Positions 47,133 to 53,151 of a DNA stretch of 53,151 nucleotides are shown here, piece after piece. The number at the start of each line of letters is the position of its first letter. Positions within the stretch are counted from its first letter, which is position 1. Origin of the DNA: an uncultured Dehalococcoidia bacterium (GTDB lineage Bacteria; Chloroflexota; Dehalococcoidia; DSTF01; WHTK01); the NCBI GenBank assembly GCA_964572535.1, contig CAZNHI010000001.1, positions 1-53,151 on the forward strand, in the 5' to 3' direction. The notes beneath the pieces were generated by a model. That model did not search any database. It saw only the letters and a list, made by a program, of their open reading frames with translations, and had not been told where the DNA came from. A program made the position numbers and the translations under genes.

Positions 47133-48140
47133 TCAAGACCCCAAGTCCGACTCCCTGCTTCGCGGCTGCGAGTGGTAAACCCGGTTTGCCACCCTAAGAA
47201 TTCGCCGCTTGAGGCGCCTCATGAAGTGGTACCGGGCTAGTTGCCCGCTGCTCAGCGAATAGCTGCGCGCTGTCACGAATGCCAGTGAGTTAGGGAAAGA
47301 CGCCAGCTTCCATCTCTGCGCGATGCGTTGATGACTGAGGACTGCTTGCTCGTAGTCCCACTTGAAGAAGAAGAACGGGCGCTCCTCCACCTCAACCGGC
47401 GGTGGTGGCACAAAGGTCACCCTGCTCTGGGGCTGAAACACCATCCGCGCGCCGGCCTCGCGTAGCCGAAGACTGATATCAAGGAATTCCCGTGTGTTCA
47501 GGAACTCGTCGAATGGCTGAACCCGCCGCAAGATCTCACTGCGGAGCAACAGGCAATGGCTCTCAGCCACGTCGACTAGCTGCGGCTTCAGTAGCTCAAC
47601 CTGCGGCAAGGTCCGGCCAATGGAGATGATCTCCAGGCTCGTTCCAGCCGGTGTCTCCCGGAAGTCAAAGTAGCCCGTATTGCCGATGCCGTGGTGATCG
47701 AGGCCCCGCTCCCCTTCTTCCACCAGCGGTACGGCTACGTCCGCTTCCTTCTCCCTCAGCGCCGATATGAGCGCAGGAAGCCAACCCTCGCTGACCAGCG
47801 AATCATTCTCCATAAAGCAGGTCAGCTCAGTCTCGCTCGCCTCGGCGACCAGTTTCTTGCTCGCATTGGGAAACAGCGGCTTCTCCGTCCGCAAGACATC
47901 CACGTTCGCCCTACCCGTTAACAGCCGCTCTATCTCGGACCAGTAACGCGGCGGCGTACAGGCGTCGACGACGATGAGTCGAAAGTCGCCAACGGTGCAC
48001 TGGAACAGCCGCTCCAGCGATCGGGCGGCGATGGAGAAGCGCTCTCTGGGAACAAAGCCGATCGTTACTTCCGGCAAGAATGGTTGCCTCCGGACAACGT
48101 ATATTGGGCCATACGACTTTCTGCTATCCCTCACAGCCAC
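47133..48140 (-). CDS. Divergent GT-A-like (GT2-like) glycosyltransferase, paralog 2
   Basis: VTIGFVPRERFS..FRLIVVDACTPP.., FMENDSLVSEGWL, VQPFDEFLNTREFLDISL, FVPPPPV, FKWDY. All are collinear with 4763..5806. Confidence 0.5.
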   Translation of the reverse strand: MAVRDSRKSYGPIYVVRRQPFLPEVTIGFVPRERFSIAARSLERLFQCTVGDFRLIVVDACTPPRYWSEIERLLTGRANVDVLRTEKPLFPNASKKLVAEASETELTCFMENDSLVSEGWLPALISALREKEADVAVPLVEEGERGLDHHGIGNTGYFDFRETPAGTSLEIISIGRTLPQVELLKPQLVDVAESHCLLLRSEILRRVQPFDEFLNTREFLDISLRLREAGARMVFQPQSRVTFVPPPPVEVEERPFFFFKWDYEQAVLSHQRIAQRWKLASFPNSLAFVTARSYSLSSGQLARYHFMRRLKRRILRVANRVYHSQPRSRESDLGS

Positions 48141-48392
48141 TAACAGCGACAGAGTCGGGCTTGTTATAGGCCAACCTTAGCCCATGAGATTCATGGATTC
48201 CAATTCCCGATTTGAGCCTGCCGTCAAATGCCAGGATGGAATGCTCGATGCAGATGGGTTGAGCCGCGTCTCTAAGCCCGAAGGAACCCGCTCTGGTAAG
48301 AATTCGCCCTTTTCTGATGGGATGGGGCTAAGGAAGGGTTGGCGAGTGCTTCCGATTCCTAGCCCAGACGAGGCGGATCTTGGGGATATGTC

Positions 48393-49355
48393 CTAGTCCG
48401 GCAACGCCGAGCCGTCGATATCACCCGATCGGATTTGTGCGGCATACCACTCGATCGTCCGTCGCAGCCCGTCCTCGAGAGACACCTTGGCCGACCAACC
48501 GAGGCGCCTTCTGGTGTCTTCAGCGTCAGCTCGACGTACCCTCTCGAGCGGCCTCTCGGGCAAAGCGTTAAACGTTGGCTCAACTTGCGACTCGCTCAAG
48601 CGCGCGATCTGTTCCACGATCTCGCGAATGGTTCGAAGTTCACCAGAGCCAATATCGATTGAGGAGCCGATCACTTCTCGGGACTCGCTGCACGCCAACA
48701 AACCGTCAACAACGTCATCCACGTAGATCCAGTCCACCGGCCGAGAACCGTCACCCAGCCTCGGCGACCGATTCAGCAACAGCGATGAGATTACATAAGG
48801 AATCAGTTTGCTCAGATCCTTCTGACCTGGCCCGTACACCATAAACAGCCTGGCGACGACTACAGGTGTCCCGTAGAGCGCGTGAAACATCCGAGCGTAG
48901 GCCGTGCTCGCGCCCTTCGCCGCCGCGTACGGTGATAACGGCACCTCCTGGTCTCCTGCGGCCGGCTCGTCCAGCGATCCGGCCACGATCACCCGCTCGC
49001 ATTTCGCCTCCGTAGTCGCGATCAACAGATTGACAGTGCTAAGAAGGTTCGCTTTGAACATGGGCAGCACTGCATCGATATTGTGAGTGCCTGAAACAAG
49101 GCTGGCCAGGTGGAAGACCTGCTGCGGTCGCACAGAGGCTACGATCTCCCGTACAGCCGCGCTGTCTGCCATGTCGCCTTGCCACCACTTCGCGATAGCC
49201 CCATCGCCTTGCTGGGGCGCACGCGAAACGCCGTGCACCTCTGCACCGAGCCCTGACAGCCGCCTGCATAACGCCGAGCCAATGAAGCCACCGGCGCCGG
49301 TAATTAACACCCTCCGCCCCGAGTACTCCGCCGTCAAAGCTCCCCTACTCCCCAA
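48393..49355 (-). CDS. Extended SDR, NAD-dependent epimerase/dehydratase family
   Basis: VLITGAGGFIGSALCRRL, AGSLDEP, PYAAAKGAST (YxxxK). Start uncertain (TTG 49355/49337). Confidence 0.75.
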   Translation of the reverse strand: MGSRGALTAEYSGRRVLITGAGGFIGSALCRRLSGLGAEVHGVSRAPQQGDGAIAKWWQGDMADSAAVREIVASVRPQQVFHLASLVSGTHNIDAVLPMFKANLLSTVNLLIATTEAKCERVIVAGSLDEPAAGDQEVPLSPYAAAKGASTAYARMFHALYGTPVVVARLFMVYGPGQKDLSKLIPYVISSLLLNRSPRLGDGSRPVDWIYVDDVVDGLLACSESREVIGSSIDIGSGELRTIREIVEQIARLSESQVEPTFNALPERPLERVRRADAEDTRRRLGWSAKVSLEDGLRRTIEWYAAQIRSGDIDGSALPD

Positions 49356-49496
49356 GAAATGCGCAGCCGAACGCGGGTTTCTGACCTGATCCTAATCATC
49401 TCACAAGCCAGCCGCCCGCCTGACACGACAGAGCGGAATCGCATTTCAAGTCCATACAATTTCGAGAAACCAGGTTCCCGAGGAACTAGGTCAGAT

Positions 49497-50882
49497 TTAC
49501 TCGGGAGGTAGAGCTCGCAGCAGTTGAGCCGCTACCAGGGCCTCTGCGGCCGACTGAATCACGGCGAATGGCAGCTTTGCCTGGCGCGCGACGTCCAACA
49601 GTGAACTGGACCCGTCGGACGCGTTCAGTACCCATAGCATCGCCATCTGAAGCGTTTGCTTGTCTGTAGCTCCCCCTATCGAGCCGTACAGGCCGCGGCG
49701 CCCGAGCTGTGGCTCGCCCCTGGGGCTCAGGTTGAGGTAGCGCTGGTTGCCTTCCAGCACGGAAAGCACGGTGTGGCACTTCGCCAGCGAGTCGAACAAC
49801 GACTCGGGCTTTACGAAATCGGGGTTATCCGCGGAGGTGTGATACTCAGGGTAACTGCCGAACGGCGTGCGGGAGAGGTTTCCGACAGGCAGGTTGAACC
49901 CCGGCGAGCAGTACTGCCGCTCGTCGTAGCCATAAGGCTCAAAATCGCGGATCTGGTGGGCATCGCCGCTCTGTTCGAGCACGTGCTCCACCGCCATGTC
50001 GATCTCCGCAGTCCCACGCCGGCTGCGTTTGTAGGTGACCGGGCCGCTGTCGCCAACTCCCGCCAGCACTAGTCCGTGCTTGATGCGCTTCATGGCATCC
50101 CCGTTTCCTGCCAGCCAGGAAATAGAGCCGATGGTGCCGGGCACGAACAGGAATCGGTACGTATAGCGTTTCGAGGCGTGGCGCAGAATGCTGGCCAGCC
50201 GGACCGCAACGACGAGCCCTGACAGGTTGTCGTTGGCCAATGACGGATGGCAGACGTGCGTCGAGATCAAGACCTCGTCGGGAGTATCGCCCCTCAGAAG
50301 GCACTCCCCGTACGACAGATGCCCGGCACTCAGCGTCGAGTCGATACACACCTCGTATTCGCCTTCCGACAGCCGAGTTAGCTGCCGATGGCTGAGGCAG
50401 AAGCCCCAGGATTCGTTGTAGTAGGTGGTTCGGTACGGTACCCAGTCCGGGCGGTCTGGAAGGCTAAACAGGTGAGGTCTTAGGTCCTCCAGGCTCATGC
50501 GAGCCTTCACCGGCGAGCTGTAGTTCACGACGTGCAGGTTGAGGCGTTGGAAATCGACGATGCGGTCCCCCGCGGCGTCCTTGATATAGGCATCACGGAT
50601 GTTCCACTCCCGTGGCACCGTCCAATCGAGCACTCCCGTACCTGTCGGGACTTCATGAATCTGAAGCGGGATCTGCTGTCGGATCCAGGCTAGAGTCTGC
50701 CTGAGACCATCGCCTGTAATACTGCGGCATATCGGATACAGGTCGAAGACCTGGCGATGTAGCCCGCGTCCCGTCTCTACGGGATCGAGGCTGGCTAGAA
50801 GCTGGCTGAATCCTGCCATGGCGTTAGTGTATCTTGGTAGCCCTATAGTGGGCGCTCGTTCGCACTCTGGAGCGTGGTTCAC
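49497..50882 (-). CDS. DUF4910/DUF2172 aminopeptidase-like (M28-fold) protein
   Basis: LYPICRSITGDGLRQTLAWIRQQIPLQIHEVPTGTGVLDWTVPREWNIRDAYI matches the family N-terminal signature as I recall it. The likely true start is ATG 50819 (MAGFSQLL..). Confidence 0.7.
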   Translation of the reverse strand: MNHAPECERAPTIGLPRYTNAMAGFSQLLASLDPVETGRGLHRQVFDLYPICRSITGDGLRQTLAWIRQQIPLQIHEVPTGTGVLDWTVPREWNIRDAYIKDAAGDRIVDFQRLNLHVVNYSSPVKARMSLEDLRPHLFSLPDRPDWVPYRTTYYNESWGFCLSHRQLTRLSEGEYEVCIDSTLSAGHLSYGECLLRGDTPDEVLISTHVCHPSLANDNLSGLVVAVRLASILRHASKRYTYRFLFVPGTIGSISWLAGNGDAMKRIKHGLVLAGVGDSGPVTYKRSRRGTAEIDMAVEHVLEQSGDAHQIRDFEPYGYDERQYCSPGFNLPVGNLSRTPFGSYPEYHTSADNPDFVKPESLFDSLAKCHTVLSVLEGNQRYLNLSPRGEPQLGRRGLYGSIGGATDKQTLQMAMLWVLNASDGSSSLLDVARQAKLPFAVIQSAAEALVAAQLLRALPPE

Positions 50883-51062
50883 CCTGGTCCGACCTGCTCG
50901 AACATAGGGGACACCGTCAAACGCTCAGCTCCCCAGTGCGCAACAGGGCTTTTTAGAGGCGCTCCTGTTACTTCTCGGCAGGCGAGGACGTTATACGATG
51001 ATTAGAGGTCTCACTCATACTGAAGGCCTCCAGGCAATCTCTAGGACCAGCATCACCTTGGC

Positions 51063-51479
51063 ATGAACAGAGAGCGAAACGAAATTCAGCCATATTCGCT
51101 ATACGTCGAAAAGCCGTGGGGCTGGGAGGTTCACTGGACACCCGTGACGCTCCCTTACCTGGGAAAGCTGATCCACATCCATGCCGGGGCTCGCCTGTCG
51201 TTGCAGCGTCATGATGTCAAGCTGGAGACATGGTACTTGACTGCGGGGCGCTGCAAGGTCACCTGGGACAACCCGGATGGCGTGCTGACTGAGAAAGAGC
51301 TTTTTACTGGACAGGGCTACACGTGCGCGCCCGGTCAACGTCATCGGCTCGAAGGTATAACAGACTGCGATCTCATCGAAGTCTCCACGCCGGAGCAGGG
51401 CACGACGTGGCGCCTGGAGGACGATTTCAGGCGCCCGCACGAGACGCCCGAACAACGGCTGGCAGAACGCAATCCTTGA
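51063..51479 (+). CDS. Small cupin (type II phosphomannose-isomerase C-terminal-like)
   Basis: EKPWGWEVHWT, GKLIHIHAGARLSLQRHDVKLETWYL, GQRHRLEG. Confidence 0.7.
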   Translation: MNRERNEIQPYSLYVEKPWGWEVHWTPVTLPYLGKLIHIHAGARLSLQRHDVKLETWYLTAGRCKVTWDNPDGVLTEKELFTGQGYTCAPGQRHRLEGITDCDLIEVSTPEQGTTWRLEDDFRRPHETPEQRLAERNP

Positions 51480-51537
51480 TCACACAACCGCGGCGGGCCC
51501 GGCTGGACGCCACGCAGGCTCGCTGGGTCCGACTAGA

Positions 51538-52227
51538 TTAGGGTTTCAGCCAAACAGACGAAACGCTCGGCTTAACAGCGAAGGGCTTGATGCCCCTGAA
51601 GTCTCGACGAGGCCACGAATTTAACTTATTCTCAGCGTCCTGATAGCGAGCTCGATCGGAGTCGTCCAGGACCAGGTAGCCTCCTGGCTTCACCTTCTCA
51701 GTGGCATGAAGCATGCACGCCGGTCGCGCCCTGCCGTCGACCACCACAAGATCTAGGCTTTCATTCGGAAAGCCATCAATGACCTTCACGTAGGATGCGA
51801 AATCACCCTCGACAAGCGTTGACCCGTAAACGCCGCAGGTGTCGGCAGCATTCTTGACAGCTTCGGGCTTGCGCAAGTGCACCGTACAGTTCCCTAAATT
51901 CGATTCGTGCAGCTCTGCGAGGACTCTCGCGTACCAGGAGGCGTCGTGCTCAACGCTTGTAAGCCGGCCGACGTGCGTGGCAAGCCAGAGAGTCGATCCT
52001 CCGGCGCCGTATTCAAGCGCATCGGCGTCACCTGAGACCTTGCACGCCAGGAAGTGGCACAGCGAATAGGACATGTATGGGACATGCTCCTTAAGCGGGT
52101 CGGAGCCCTGGCTCCCCCTTCTCGTAGACTTAAACCAGGTCCAGAAATACGACAAATCTGACGGAGAACGAGCGAGTGACTCGCCCGCCTCGGCCCACTC
52201 GAGCACCCTATTGCGTAGACCCATCAC
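51538..52227 (-). CDS. Putative class I SAM-dependent methyltransferase
   Basis: ALEYGAGGSTLWLA (motif I-like), LDLVVVDGRARPAC, PGGYLVLDDSDR. Confidence 0.5.
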   Translation of the reverse strand: MMGLRNRVLEWAEAGESLARSPSDLSYFWTWFKSTRRGSQGSDPLKEHVPYMSYSLCHFLACKVSGDADALEYGAGGSTLWLATHVGRLTSVEHDASWYARVLAELHESNLGNCTVHLRKPEAVKNAADTCGVYGSTLVEGDFASYVKVIDGFPNESLDLVVVDGRARPACMLHATEKVKPGGYLVLDDSDRARYQDAENKLNSWPRRDFRGIKPFAVKPSVSSVWLKP

Positions 52228-52653
52228 GCCTCAAACTAGTACGGATTCTCGCTGCTATAGTTGGGCTGCAGTCCGGCCTGAATGCTGCCTCAGCGCCAGA
52301 CTAGCGGGGGCCGGCCCAACTGTCGTGGCGGCGGCTCTATCTTTTTCGTTGCAATGAAGTAGGTGGCATACACTCCCCTAACTCCCGCATAGAGGAGAGT
52401 GAGAGGACCATCGCACTCAGTGGTATCGCGAAACCGACGATGCGACACACTGATCGGCGGTCCGCTACACGCTGGTCTCTACGAAGAGTCAGTGCCCGCC
52501 TCGCGGACGCCGGGATGGTCGCAAGTACGGGGTTTTTTCCGGACGACTACGGAACTATGGAGCTATTCGGCCCCTTATCTATTGCTTCGGCGCCTCCTCC
52601 TTTATGCTGTTGAAATGCGACCGCTCATAAGAACTGGACGAAGCCACTAAACA

Positions 52654-53151
52654 ATGACAACCTTCCAGTTGAACGTAGCCGGCGCGGTTCTGGTTGCTGC
52701 CAGCTTCCTGATCGTTTTCCTTGTCCTGTTTGCAACCGGCTCCCGCGGTGAGGTCCAGGGCGTTCGCGTGGTGCACACGGTTACCCCGGTGCCTACGCTT
52801 GCGGTAGGGGCCGCAGGGAACTCAGGACCATCGCCCACCGAGGCCCCGGGTCCCTCGGCGACTTCGTCACCTGCCCCCGCCGGTGGAGTAAGGCAGCGCC
52901 CGGTTACGACTGACCCGCAGGCGCCCGTGTCCAGCCCGACGGGGGAGCAGGTTGGCCCGCCAACTCTCACGATTCCGCTTGGCATCGGGACGCTTTTTGC
53001 TCTAACGCTGACGCCACCACCGACCAGGACTCCGGAGCCAACCGAGACTCCGGAACCGACCAGGACTCCGAGACCTCCGACTCAAACCCCTGGACCAGCG
53101 ACCGCCGAGCCCACCGAGACGCCGACCGCCGAGCCCACCGAGACGCCGACC
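52654..53151 (+). CDS. Membrane-anchored Pro/Thr-rich repeat protein (3' end outside window)
   Basis: Not in the ORF track because it has no stop in the window. ATG 52654 directly follows an in-frame TAA. MTTFQLNVAGAVLVAASFLIVFLVLFATG is a TM anchor, followed by PT-rich sequence ending in TAEPTETP repeats. It stays in frame to nt 53151. Confidence 0.6.
   Translation, partial: MTTFQLNVAGAVLVAASFLIVFLVLFATGSRGEVQGVRVVHTVTPVPTLAVGAAGNSGPSPTEAPGPSATSSPAPAGGVRQRPVTTDPQAPVSSPTGEQVGPPTLTIPLGIGTLFALTLTPPPTRTPEPTETPEPTRTPRPPTQTPGPATAEPTETPTAEPTETPT
53101..53151 (+). repeat. Perfect 24-nt tandem repeat (ACCGCCGAGCCCACCGAGACGCCG) x2 plus 3 nt, running off the window
   Basis: 53101-53124 is identical to 53125-53148. 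It encodes TAEPTETP units. An upstream degenerate 36-nt unit (CCGACCAGGACTCCG at 53020 and 53056) is also present. Confidence 0.9.

Overview
High-GC bacterial window. A conserved left edge holds the 3' end of a primary sigma-70 gene, a small divergent ORF pair and a Tat-exported two-domain multicopper oxidase. From about 2.4 kb to at least 52.2 kb it is followed by one very large surface-glycan (EPS / O-antigen-like, Wzx/Wzy-type) locus. The junction is marked by two dead IS elements (IS3-type and IS110-type). The locus encodes an initiating phosphoglycosyl transferase, at least seven recognisable glycosyltransferases, a Wzx flippase plus a frameshifted second copy, a Wzy-like polymerase, a fused PCP/BY-kinase-like protein and Ugd plus a UDP-GlcA-epimerase-like SDR. 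It also encodes a CDP-glucose-based cassette with a TylC3-type C-methyltransferase, six SAM methyltransferases in total, a class-III aminotransferase and a DUF4910 aminopeptidase-like protein. Five predicted glycan-cleaving proteins are present: two beta-helix proteins, a GH-A lipoprotein, a heparinase II/III-like protein and DUF4012 context. A divergent winged-helix regulator and orphan OmpR-type response regulator sit inside the locus. Points worth a second look: (1) three ancient paralogous pairs, including a two-gene GT-A-like + aldo/keto-reductase module present in inverted orientation at both ends of the locus, with one AKR decayed; (2) two copies of an unrecognisable GT-B-like family bracketing a flippase/depolymerase block; (3) a Walker-A Lys-to-Arg BY-kinase without a Tyr cluster; (4) a solitary CRISPR-repeat-like hairpin; (5) candidate operator repeats near the regulator pair. 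No rRNA, tRNA or CRISPR array was seen. All domain calls come from motif recognition by eye, not database searches.
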